From the IMG/VR virus record IMGVR_UViG_3300025101_000083: a stretch of DNA of 34,619 nucleotides; one strand, 5' to 3'. The notes below the pieces were generated by a model. The model made no database searches. It worked only from the letters and a program-made list of their open reading frames with translations, and had not been told where the DNA came from. The position numbers and the translations under genes were made by a program. Origin of the DNA: a virus. This document shows, in pieces, positions 9,530 through 17,941 of the stretch (position 1 is its first letter; every line of letters begins with the position of its first letter).

Positions 9530-9910
9530 TTAAACACCTCCTGCACTAGAACCACTTATATCAATCCATGTCTGATTATCTTCATCCCAGTTATATATAC
9601 CGCCATCAGTAGGCATAGCAGATGGTGCTATCCATGTAGCATCGGCAGTAGACATAGACCAACTGTTATATGGTTTAGGAGGCATAAATAAGTCTTGATC
9701 TACAAAGTAAGTATAACCTTTACCTGCATAGTTACCTCTCGTGTTTCCGTTGTAAGAAGTTTGTTTCCATGTTCCACCTAATACTTTCTCAAGGTGTGCT
9801 TGACCAATGTATTCTTTTTCAACACCGTTAACATCAGCAGTATCTTTGTTTTCTACTACAGTAACTCTTAATACCTCGTTTGCACTATTTAACTCTGCAA
9901 AGTGTGCCAT
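9530..9910 (-). CDS. conserved phage protein of unknown function, 126 aa
   Basis: MAHFAELNSANEVLRVTVV...TSYNGN...YNSW...W.AP matches a widespread phage family I recognise only as hypothetical. Confidence 0.6.
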   Translation of the reverse strand: MAHFAELNSANEVLRVTVVENKDTADVNGVEKEYIGQAHLEKVLGGTWKQTSYNGNTRGNYAGKGYTYFVDQDLFMPPKPYNSWSMSTADATWIAPSAMPTDGGIYNWDEDNQTWIDISGSSAGGV

Positions 9911-9939
9911 CTTTTATGCTCCTATGTGTAATTCAATAA

Positions 9940-10206
9940 TCAATTTAATGCACCAGCAATCTTTCCTTGCATTTCTAGTATTTTATTTTCTTGGTCTTTT
10001 GTCCAAATAGTATTTATAGAATCTTCAAACTCTTGTGCTTTACGTTGTGCATCTTTAACTTCTTGCATAGAAGGGCATGGTCTATCGTCTTCCCATCTAG
10101 TAAATGTAGAATTACTTATTTCCCACTTAGCACCAGGTCTTAGTAACTCCATAGCACTATCAATTCCAGTAAGTCTATAAATTTTATCTTTTGGTTTTAT
10201 TTCCAT
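9940..10206 (-). CDS. small XkdW-like protein, 88 aa
   Basis: The pattern LRPGAKWEISN...WEDDRPCPSMQEV resembles XkdW-type proteins that sit next to fibre genes. Weak assignment. Confidence 0.35.
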   Translation of the reverse strand: MEIKPKDKIYRLTGIDSAMELLRPGAKWEISNSTFTRWEDDRPCPSMQEVKDAQRKAQEFEDSINTIWTKDQENKILEMQGKIAGALN

Positions 10207-10214
10207 TTATACTC

Positions 10215-11852
10215 CTATGCGTTCATAGTTATTACAACAATTCCATCAGCTCCATTTCCACCATTTGTTCCTGATCCGCCTTTTCCAGCACCACCTCCAC
10301 CAGAACCAGTAAAGGACGTTCCATTACTACCATTTCCAGTTACAGAACCATCTCCGCCCACAGAGGAACTTCCACCTGTTCCTGCTGAATCAGCTCCAAA
10401 CGCACCGCCCCCTCCACCTGCTGAATAAACAACAGATGAACCAGTTATTGAAGATGCTGTTCCGTTACCTCCGTTTCCACCTGAATTTGTACCTGAAGCA
10501 TCAGAACCCGCACTAGTAGAACCACCTCCACCGCCTCCACCATTTTGCCCACTATTAGCATCTCCTCCATCATTGCCTTGAGATGGAGTAGTTGAAGGCG
10601 TATTTCCACTACCACCTACTCTTCCGTTAGATGCCCCTCCACCAGACCCTCCGTTTTTCCCATTTGCTCCTGCGGTTCCTCCAATTCCATAACCTCCTGC
10701 ACCACCTCCAGTAGAAGTAATTGTTGAAAACACAGAGTTATTTCCATCACCACCATAAGAACCACCACCAGTTCCTGTACCGCCTCCACCTACTGTAATT
10801 GTGTATTCTGTACCAGAAGTAACTGATAAAGATGTACCAGTTCTAAAACCTCCAGCACCACCTCCACCACCGCCACCGTTAGATGGTGTTCCTCCCCCTG
10901 AACCACCTCCTGCAACTACTAAGTAATCTACAGAAGATACTCCAACGGGGCATTTCCATTTTGTTGTGCCTCTAAATATTAGTGGTGAACTTGTAGGTAC
11001 TGTGTATTTGATAACTACAATTCCTGAACCACCTGCTTTTCCATCCTTAAAAGTTCCACTACCACCGCCACCTCCACCACCGCCTCCACCAGTGTTAGCT
11101 GTGCCTGCCGAACCCCCTGTACCATTACTACCTTGTGTTCCACTGCCTCCGCCACCAGAGCCACCAGATGCATTAATGTTATCTCCTGCACCACCACCAC
11201 CACCTGCGTATGTTACAGATGCACCAGTTATGGTAGATGCTTGACCGTTACCTCCACTTCCTGCGGCAAAAGGAGATGATGTAGCATCTCCTCCTACAGC
11301 ACTAGCACCACCGCCTCCACCTGCGGCATTTGTAACAGCAGAAGACCCTCCGTTTTTACCTTGAAAAGCAACAGCAGGCGCTCCATTACCACCATCTGAT
11401 GAAAGATTAGGGGTGTTACCAGAGCCATTAGAGCCGTTACCGCCTCCACCACCTCCAGAGCCTCCGTTACGACCGTTTCCACCACCAGCACCACCGCCTC
11501 CACCTGCTGTTGAGGTTATGGTAGAAAATACTGAATCATTACCATCAAAACCTGAAGTATTACTAGTAACATCTAAAGCAGTAGCACCTGCACCTACAGT
11601 AATTGTATATTCTGTTCCTGCGGTAACAGCTAATGAAGTGCCTGTTCTAAATCCTCCAGCACCTGCTCCACCACCATTTTGATTTACTCCAGTACCGCCT
11701 CCACCACCTCCTGCAACTACAAGATAATCAACACTTGTAACGCCAGTAGGGCAAGTCCAAACAGTATTACCTAAAAAACTTTCAATAACTACAACTCCAC
11801 CTACAGAGGCAACAGAAAAATTAGAAAATAATAATTGATGTATTCCAGTCAT
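10215..11852 (-). CDS. glycine-rich structural (fibre/receptor-binding-like) protein with internal tandem duplication, 545 aa
   Basis: Two homologous halves (WTCPTGVTSVDYLVVAGGGGGG...FRTGTSLAVTAGTEYTITVG and WKCPVGVSSVDYLVVAGGGSGG...FRTGTSLSVTSGTEYTITVG). CCTCCTGCAACTAC occurs at 10906 and 11707, an offset of 801 nt. Confidence 0.6.
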   Translation of the reverse strand: MTGIHQLLFSNFSVASVGGVVVIESFLGNTVWTCPTGVTSVDYLVVAGGGGGGTGVNQNGGGAGAGGFRTGTSLAVTAGTEYTITVGAGATALDVTSNTSGFDGNDSVFSTITSTAGGGGGAGGGNGRNGGSGGGGGGNGSNGSGNTPNLSSDGGNGAPAVAFQGKNGGSSAVTNAAGGGGGASAVGGDATSSPFAAGSGGNGQASTITGASVTYAGGGGGAGDNINASGGSGGGGSGTQGSNGTGGSAGTANTGGGGGGGGGGSGTFKDGKAGGSGIVVIKYTVPTSSPLIFRGTTKWKCPVGVSSVDYLVVAGGGSGGGTPSNGGGGGGGAGGFRTGTSLSVTSGTEYTITVGGGGTGTGGGSYGGDGNNSVFSTITSTGGGAGGYGIGGTAGANGKNGGSGGGASNGRVGGSGNTPSTTPSQGNDGGDANSGQNGGGGGGGSTSAGSDASGTNSGGNGGNGTASSITGSSVVYSAGGGGGAFGADSAGTGGSSSVGGDGSVTGNGSNGTSFTGSGGGGAGKGGSGTNGGNGADGIVVITMNA

Positions 11853-12616
11853 TATGAAATATTCCCAGTAAGTACAGCTAAGTCTGCTGAATAACTAAAC
11901 ATGATACTAGCAACTCCATTTGCATCTAAGGTATGCAAAGCAGTTGCTGCTAAATCTCCTGCCTTGACTGCATTAACAGCAGTACAAGCTAATGATGCTG
12001 TACATCCATTTACTGATATAACTGATACAATATCACCTACTGCAAATACTCCTGTAGGTACAGTTATAATTGCATTAGAAGCATTAACATTTATTTGATT
12101 ACCTGCATCTCCTATGGCTAATGTATAATTACCTGATATGTTTTGACTTACAGGTATATCTCTTAAATTACCATCTGCATCATTAACAACATCAAAAGTT
12201 TTGTTTGTTAGCGTAGCTGTACCTACCTCAGATACTAGTGTAGAATTAGCTCCTTTAGGCATCAACATTTCATTAGTAACTCCCTCACTATGAGGCTGAG
12301 ACATTATTTTTTGACCATGTGAGTTACTTCTACAATTAAGTTGAACTGTTCCGTCAGTAGAACCACCGCCTTTTATTTCAAATATTTTAGTAGCAGGATC
12401 TACTACTAAGTTACCTGATGTGTTTGTTAAATCTGCATTTAAGTTTAATGATGCTGGGTTTGTACCTACTTCTACAATATCGTTACTACTATTCTTTGTA
12501 TACAATCTTTTGTCAGCAGTATTAACTGCTAACTCTGCTCCTCCAACAGCACTAGTGATATCAGCGGTAGCTGGTACTCCTGATGAGTCTTTCTTTTTAG
12601 TTAAAATGGTTGTCAT
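11852..12616 (-). CDS. tail fibre/spike-like protein, 254 aa
   Basis: N-terminal GGAELAVNTADKRLYTKNSSNDIVEVG motif typical of phage fibre proteins. Coupled (ATGA) to the upstream fibre-like gene. Confidence 0.55.
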   Translation of the reverse strand: MTTILTKKKDSSGVPATADITSAVGGAELAVNTADKRLYTKNSSNDIVEVGTNPASLNLNADLTNTSGNLVVDPATKIFEIKGGGSTDGTVQLNCRSNSHGQKIMSQPHSEGVTNEMLMPKGANSTLVSEVGTATLTNKTFDVVNDADGNLRDIPVSQNISGNYTLAIGDAGNQINVNASNAIITVPTGVFAVGDIVSVISVNGCTASLACTAVNAVKAGDLAATALHTLDANGVASIMFSYSADLAVLTGNIS

Positions 12617-13155
12617 GAGTAAGTACCCCCTTCAATTGTACTTGATTCTGTTAGAACTGTGCTTCCTCCATCTTGCAGCACTCCTGTAAAGTTTGCCGTA
12701 GCAGCATCTAAAAAAGCTGTATCAGCATCATAACCTTGAACTGATACACCTATCATTGATTGTGTTAGTACATTACTAGCACTGTGTTGTAACACACCAG
12801 TAAAGTTTGCAGTAGCATCAGAATAACTAACACCTCCTCCTGTAACACCAGCAGAAGCTACTGATACACCAATATCAGCACTTGTTAGTACATTGCTACC
12901 ACTTTCTTGTAATATTCCTGTAAAGTTTGCTGTAGCATCAGAATAACTAATTGTAGATTGTGCTGGGACAAATTCTACATCAGTTGCACCTGAGTTTACT
13001 GCAAGTACAAAAGTAGCATTACCAGAAAAATCAGGTAAGAGTGATGCTCTAGCAGAAGCTACAGTAGTTGCACTTGTACCGCCCTCACTAATAGCTAAAG
13101 GTAGTTGCTCAAATGTAGCAGTACCTGCACCGCCTGTACCTCTAAAAAAAGCCAT
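12613..13155 (-). CDS. fibre-like protein with three tandem repeats of about 39 aa, 180 aa
   Basis: N-terminal GGTSATTVASARASL motif (fibre-type). Repeats are SYSDATANFTG[IV]LQ..[GA]SNVLT (x2) and LDAATANFTGVLQDGGSTVLT. Ends IEGGTYS. Confidence 0.55.
   Translation of the reverse strand: MAFFRGTGGAGTATFEQLPLAISEGGTSATTVASARASLLPDFSGNATFVLAVNSGATDVEFVPAQSTISYSDATANFTGILQESGSNVLTSADIGVSVASAGVTGGGVSYSDATANFTGVLQHSASNVLTQSMIGVSVQGYDADTAFLDAATANFTGVLQDGGSTVLTESSTIEGGTYS
12616..12951 (-). repeat. three in-frame tandem coding repeats (period about 117-120 nt)
   Basis: On the plus strand, C[CA][TG]GTAAAGTTTGC[CAT]GTAGCA[GT]C recurs near 12683, 12797 and 12917. Confidence 0.8.
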
Positions 13156-13171
13156 AATTATTCCTTAACAT

Positions 13172-13192
13172 AAAAAACCCTCCGAAGAGGGC
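13172..13192 (-). terminator. intrinsic terminator after the small post-capsid gene
   Basis: Minus strand reads GCCCTC-TTCG-GAGGGT followed by TTTTTT, i.e. a UUCG tetraloop hairpin plus a U-tract. Confidence 0.7.
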
Positions 13193-13200
13193 TATAATGT

Positions 13201-13515
13201 TTACCAGTTTGGTCTTCCAACAAGGGCTGTATATTCAGCAGTAGCTAAATCTATTGCACCACCTGTATTGTTATTTAGTTGAAATGTAACTTGATTTGCA
13301 GCAGTAACATTAGCTGTTAAATCTAAGTCTGCAACATCTACACTAGAAGCTACTCCTAATACCATATCACCTAATGCAACACCTGATACAGTTACGCCAG
13401 TAACTTCTTCATTGCCATCTGCTATAGAACCAAAATTAAATGTATCTTTGATTGCCCATGTATCAGAAAAAGCTCCCTGAAACTGTCTGAGTTCTCCTCT
13501 TTTTACTGTAGCCAT
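13201..13515 (-). CDS. small capsid-associated protein (possible decoration/minor capsid protein), 104 aa
   Basis: Sits directly after the major capsid gene and is bracketed by two hairpin terminators. Beta-rich sequence. Function inferred from position. Confidence 0.35.
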   Translation of the reverse strand: MATVKRGELRQFQGAFSDTWAIKDTFNFGSIADGNEEVTGVTVSGVALGDMVLGVASSVDVADLDLTANVTAANQVTFQLNNNTGGAIDLATAEYTALVGRPNW

Positions 13516-13530
13516 TATTCATCCTTATAA

Positions 13531-13560
13531 AGAAAAGGGTTGACTACTAGAGCCAACCCT
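13531..13560 (-). terminator. hairpin plus T-tract after the major capsid gene (probable partial terminator)
   Basis: Minus strand reads AGGGTTG-(11 nt)-CAACCCT followed by TTTTCTTT. Confidence 0.5.
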
Positions 13561-13570
13561 GTTGTTAAAA

Positions 13571-14497
13571 TTAAGCTGGGACAACAAGTGCAACAGCAGA
13601 TTTATCTCTTAGCTCACCAGTACCATATAAGGTATCAGCAGTTAAGAGTGTACCTAAATGCTCTTGCTTGTATTGTGTTTGAACACGAACACCAAGTTGC
13701 TCAACTAATACTCCAAACTCAGGATGGAATAATAAACATACTCTAGCACCGCCAGAACCACTAGTTGTGTCTACATTGGTAGATACATATACTTTGATAC
13801 CATATATGTCACCAATCTGACCATTTCTAATAGTGTTAGCATTACCAGCTTCACCTGTAAATGCTTGCTCTGTGAATCGTGATAGACCCATCATTACGTT
13901 TCTAGCCACAGGCGGGATAACAAAGTTACGATTATCCATAGGAACATCTTGGTCATCAAGACGCTGTATGGCTCTTCTAAACCCTGCATCACTAATAGCA
14001 CTTTCATTGTTACTACCAGCTACATAAAATGTAGAACCATCTGCTCCTAGGAAGCCTTTGTCATAAGCAGCAGAACCTCCTCCTGACTGAGCCTGTCTAC
14101 CTAAAGATAATACATCTGTATCTACTCTAGTAGCTAACGCATAACCAGCATCATCTGTGTAGAAACGTCTTAGTGAACTCAATGCCTGTACTTCAGCAAA
14201 GTCTTCAATCAAGCGACTATACTCATAGTGTTGGTTAATTGTTACAGTTTTTTCTGAACCAGACTCTTGAATAAGAGTAACTTCTGTTTCAGCAGCCTTA
14301 GTTGAAGCTGAACCACGAGCAGGAGCAGGAAAGTGAACTACATCACCTTTCTTACCCTTCATGTTCATTGTTTTAATTAAGTTAGCAGCTACAAGATTCT
14401 TCTTGTAACCAGCGATAATTTCATCCGACCAAATCTCAGGTATAAAACCTGCGGTATTGACTTCTGATTGTACTACATGATTAGTACCTAAACCCAT
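13571..14497 (-). CDS. major capsid protein
   Basis: 308 aa, following the scaffold gene. The N-terminal GFIPEIWSDEIIAGYKKNLVAANL pattern is typical of podovirus/HK97-fold coat proteins. Followed by terminators. Confidence 0.85.
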   Translation of the reverse strand: MGLGTNHVVQSEVNTAGFIPEIWSDEIIAGYKKNLVAANLIKTMNMKGKKGDVVHFPAPARGSASTKAAETEVTLIQESGSEKTVTINQHYEYSRLIEDFAEVQALSSLRRFYTDDAGYALATRVDTDVLSLGRQAQSGGGSAAYDKGFLGADGSTFYVAGSNNESAISDAGFRRAIQRLDDQDVPMDNRNFVIPPVARNVMMGLSRFTEQAFTGEAGNANTIRNGQIGDIYGIKVYVSTNVDTTSGSGGARVCLLFHPEFGVLVEQLGVRVQTQYKQEHLGTLLTADTLYGTGELRDKSAVALVVPA

Positions 14498-14520
14498 TTT
14501 AAAATTCCTTTTCTAAAATA

Positions 14521-15282
14521 TCATCCTCTGACTCTTCCTTCTCTGTGCGCTCTTACAATTTCTGGCAACATAGATTCGTACTTGTCAGGATCACTGTTAA
14601 TAAGATTTCGTATATCAGAACGTCTAAAGATTTTCTTTGATGGTGCTTCTCCGCTACCGCTTGCTACAGTTGTAGTAGCACTCTTGATGTCTTGTGACCT
14701 AGCTTGTTTCTCCATCTCTACAGTTTTACTACCTACCTGTCTCTTTTCTTTCCATGTAGAAATAAGCTCGTCAGCAGCATCATAATCATACCTACGATCA
14801 GCCCTCATAAATAACTCTGCTCTTACTTTAGAATTATTTACCCAGTCCTGAAACCCTTGATCTTTTACTACATCAGTAAAGTCTGGATGTTTTTCTTTCA
14901 GTGACGAAAGAGCTTTAGACCTCTGCATCTCTTGGGTTAACTGTTCTGCTTGTCTAATCTTAGGGTGATTTTGTATTGCCTTGTCTACAGCCTGTTTAGG
15001 ATTAGCAAAAAAATCATCATCATTAGATTCTTCTGGTTCTGCTTGCTTTGTTTGTGGTTGACTTTGAACATAAGAATTAGCAACCCTACGAAGTTCTCCT
15101 AACTCTGTACCTTGTCTGCCTATTAACTTCTCAGCTTGTTGGTGCATAGATATAACTTCTTGAAGAGTTTTCTCCTTATACTTCTCAGGAATCTCTACTT
15201 CTGTTTTAACTTCTTCAGCTTTTACTTCTTCTTGCTGTGGTTCTTCTTTCTTATCTTCTATTTCTTCTACAAATTCAGCCAC
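14521..15282 (-). CDS. scaffolding protein
   Basis: 253 aa with an acidic E/K-rich helical N-terminus, located between portal and capsid genes. Confidence 0.65.
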   Translation of the reverse strand: MAEFVEEIEDKKEEPQQEEVKAEEVKTEVEIPEKYKEKTLQEVISMHQQAEKLIGRQGTELGELRRVANSYVQSQPQTKQAEPEESNDDDFFANPKQAVDKAIQNHPKIRQAEQLTQEMQRSKALSSLKEKHPDFTDVVKDQGFQDWVNNSKVRAELFMRADRRYDYDAADELISTWKEKRQVGSKTVEMEKQARSQDIKSATTTVASGSGEAPSKKIFRRSDIRNLINSDPDKYESMLPEIVRAHREGRVRG

Positions 15283-15335
15283 TATTACTCTCCTGTGTCA
15301 GTTGACATTTTAGGAAAGACACTTTGAATGGGGGT

Positions 15336-15599
15336 CTAACCTTGTCCCATACTACTATACTCTTGACCTATACCCACTTTTCTTTCATACTTCATATGAC
15401 TCTCTCTACGTCTAACCCACGCATCTGATGCAGTGGGGAAGTCACCTGAACAACCATCTAGGTCTATTCTTGGTTTGCTGATTATGCGTTTAGCTTCAGC
15501 ATTACAAGATGGGCAGTTAGTTGTTTTTACTGAATCATCAATGTATTTCTCAAATACATAATTATTTTTACATTGAAACTCAAATATTCTTTTAGTCAT
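15336..15599 (-). CDS. small zinc-ribbon-like protein, 87 aa
   Basis: FEFQCKNNYVFEKY...CPSCNAEAKRIIS resembles FmdB-type zinc ribbons, although the first CxxC is degenerate. Confidence 0.4.
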   Translation of the reverse strand: MTKRIFEFQCKNNYVFEKYIDDSVKTTNCPSCNAEAKRIISKPRIDLDGCSGDFPTASDAWVRRRESHMKYERKVGIGQEYSSMGQG

Positions 15600-15871
15600 T
15601 ATGTGTTCACATACATTAAGTCTTCATTAGGGTGTGCTTCTTCTTCACATAAATCTTCATATACCTTTTCAGACATATCTTTTAACCCTAACATATACTT
15701 TAGTATATCTACCTGTCCTTTAGCAAAATGAAAATCTTTACTAGTTTCACAGTTCTGAACACTGTTGTATTCATCATACATTTTTTGTAAATCTTCCATC
15801 AAGTCTTTCCAACCTGGTGAAGACATCATTGAAAAACGGTTATCATAGTAATTTAATATTTTTTTATCCAT
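15599..15871 (-). CDS. hypothetical protein, 90 aa
   Basis: I prefer ATG 15871 (MDKKILNYY...) to the track's GTG at 15877. First gene downstream of the internal promoter. Confidence 0.5.
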   Translation of the reverse strand: MDKKILNYYDNRFSMMSSPGWKDLMEDLQKMYDEYNSVQNCETSKDFHFAKGQVDILKYMLGLKDMSEKVYEDLCEEEAHPNEDLMYVNT

Positions 15872-15887
15872 TGGCACGTTTTTTGCT
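15872..15887 (+). promoter_or_regulatory. sigma-54 consensus match TGGCACGTTTTTTGCT, antisense to the late genes
   Basis: Exact TGGCAC-N5-TTGC spacing read on the plus strand. Its orientation would give transcription antisense to portal and terminase. Confidence 0.25.
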
Positions 15888-15900
15888 TTATTATTGCGTG

Positions 15901-15929
15901 ATTATAGCACACTTTTTTGTAAAAGTCAA
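15901..15929 (-). promoter_or_regulatory. sigma-70 promoter with extended -10 (TTGACT-N17-TGcTATAAT)
   Basis: Minus strand reads TTGACTtttacaaaaaagtgTGcTATAAT. The -35 overlaps the portal stop codon. It precedes the scaffold/capsid gene block. Confidence 0.65.
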
Positions 15930-17899
15930 GTATTTCTTGAAGATTGTAGTTGTAATTCTGCAATTCTAGCTTTTGTGTCTATATCTTTCTCTTTTAAAGC
16001 CACATTTGCTAGTTTTATACGTCTTTCAAACTCTTTTGAAGGGTCGTCTGCGTCTCCAAGGTACTTAGAAGCACTAGCAGCTATCTTAGCTTGTGTTTCT
16101 ACTGGTTTTAACTGTGTTTCTACCGCTTCACCTTGTGCTTTAGCCTGTTTTAGTTGTACATCAGCCTGTAAATCTGCTAATTCTAGCTGTGCTTTCTGTA
16201 ATTGTAGCTGTATAGCAGCTTGTTGTGACTGTGCTTCCTGTGGATTAGGTTGCATCATCTGCTGTAGCTGTTGTATTAGCTGTTCTCTGTTGTTTAAACT
16301 AGAGTTTTCTATGATTGCAGATAGAACTAATGGTACAATTGGTGATTCTGCACCTAGTGTTTTCAGTAAATTCATAAACTGCATCTGCTCATGCTCTCTA
16401 GCTATGATACCTAAATTACTAGAAGGAATAAAAATAAAGTCTTGTGCAGGATACTTCTCAGGTTCAAACTGCATAAACCTATGTGCAGACTTAGTTATGA
16501 ATGGAATTAAAAACTGCTCTTGAAAGTTTATTAATGTTCTCTTGTTTTTCTTTATGATTGATGATAATGCTACAGATAATCCTGCTCCTTCAGCAGTAGT
16601 CATTGCTTGTAATGATGAACTATCTATTGTTCCTGTAGCCATTAGTAGCATATTCATAAAAGAAGTAGCAGTGTTGATGTTAGAGCCATCTACTGAACCT
16701 ATCTTGAATGGATATAGTATCTCTGCTGGATTACCATTAGTAAGGATAGTCTTACCAGGCTTTACTTCAAACCTAGCACCTCTAGGTAGTCTGGTAGCAT
16801 CCATAGCCATCATAGGTACTGTAGCTAGTGCTACGCTGTCAAGGTGTGAACGCACTTGAGCATCAATAGCCTTTTGCATATTGTAGCCCTTCTCAGCAAT
16901 ACCACGACCCCAGAAACGATTAGGAACACTATCATTTTGAAAAGAAACAATAGGTCTATCTTTCATCATGTAAGGTGACTCTTCTGCTTTGAGTAAATAC
17001 TGCTCATTAGCTATAACTACTATTCCTTCTACAAGGTCACTAAAGTCTGCTGCTTGAGTACCATACTCATCTGCTTGTTTGTTGAATACTTCTTCATACT
17101 TTTCTGAATCATCTTGATTCTCTATCATATACTTTGGTATGAGTCCATAGTATCTTAACAACTTAACTCTGTTCTCTTGATAGTCAGATACTTCTTGTGA
17201 CGGTTCTAAATCAGTCTCTATAGCATACTGAGATAGGTCTGAGACTGTCTCATAGACTCCTGACTCCATTGCTGCTACTACAGAGTGGATAGATACCAAT
17301 TCTTCAATAGCACAGCCTAGAGCCTCCTGTACGTTGCTTGCAGAAGGGTCTATCAAAAAGTTGTATGGTGTAACTGGTTTGAGTCCAACACAGAACCTCG
17401 TTTTTTCTTGTACTCCTACTGCTGTAATACCCATCTCTACTACTGGTTGCATAGCTGGTATTAGTTCTTTCTTTTCATATACAGTAATCTCACCAATACC
17501 GTTACCATAGATTGCAGATAGTAAAATAATATCAGAGATTGACTTTCTTACGTTACCTTTCTTAAAGTCTTCTATCATCTGACTACGAATCATCTGAATA
17601 TCAATCTTTTGTGGATCAAAACCATCATCAGTAATATCAAAGAACTTCTCTCCTCTACCAAACACAGCTTCTTCTATTTCTGCTGTATGTGACTCTATCG
17701 CTTGTTGCAGTGCAGGAGTGATTATTCTGGCTCTTTCAGAATCTCTGGTTTTGTCTGCTGGGTCAAAGATACCTCTAAACAATCTTTCATACTCTTGCCA
17801 CTTGTCCAGATAGTTTGTATCTCTGTGTACTTTCCATTGGTCACATTGACCTAGTACCCATGATACAAGAGGATTTACTGTTTTACTGTCATCATACAT
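15926..17899 (-). CDS. portal protein
   Basis: 657 aa, immediately downstream of the large terminase. Long Q/A/L-rich helical C-terminal extension. Confidence 0.8.
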   Translation of the reverse strand: MYDDSKTVNPLVSWVLGQCDQWKVHRDTNYLDKWQEYERLFRGIFDPADKTRDSERARIITPALQQAIESHTAEIEEAVFGRGEKFFDITDDGFDPQKIDIQMIRSQMIEDFKKGNVRKSISDIILLSAIYGNGIGEITVYEKKELIPAMQPVVEMGITAVGVQEKTRFCVGLKPVTPYNFLIDPSASNVQEALGCAIEELVSIHSVVAAMESGVYETVSDLSQYAIETDLEPSQEVSDYQENRVKLLRYYGLIPKYMIENQDDSEKYEEVFNKQADEYGTQAADFSDLVEGIVVIANEQYLLKAEESPYMMKDRPIVSFQNDSVPNRFWGRGIAEKGYNMQKAIDAQVRSHLDSVALATVPMMAMDATRLPRGARFEVKPGKTILTNGNPAEILYPFKIGSVDGSNINTATSFMNMLLMATGTIDSSSLQAMTTAEGAGLSVALSSIIKKNKRTLINFQEQFLIPFITKSAHRFMQFEPEKYPAQDFIFIPSSNLGIIAREHEQMQFMNLLKTLGAESPIVPLVLSAIIENSSLNNREQLIQQLQQMMQPNPQEAQSQQAAIQLQLQKAQLELADLQADVQLKQAKAQGEAVETQLKPVETQAKIAASASKYLGDADDPSKEFERRIKLANVALKEKDIDTKARIAELQLQSSRNT

Positions 17900-17941
17900 A
17901 TTGTTTTCCTTTTAGGGGTGGTACACATAACGGTATACTAC

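Noticed and set aside
10966-11682. Proline-rich plus-strand ORFs (10966..11244, 11413..11682) and valine-rich out-of-frame minus ORFs (11015..11203, 11294..11503)
   Set aside because: They are mirror or shifted readings of the GGN-rich glycine gene 10215..11852. They have low-complexity products and no RBS, and the glycine-rich frame spans the whole region.
15894-16523. 209-aa Cys/Ala/Ser-rich plus-strand ORF
   Set aside because: It is antisense to the Q/A/L-rich C-terminus of the portal gene. The composition is an artefact of the complement of CAG/GCT/CTG codons, and the ORF lies fully inside a well-supported gene.
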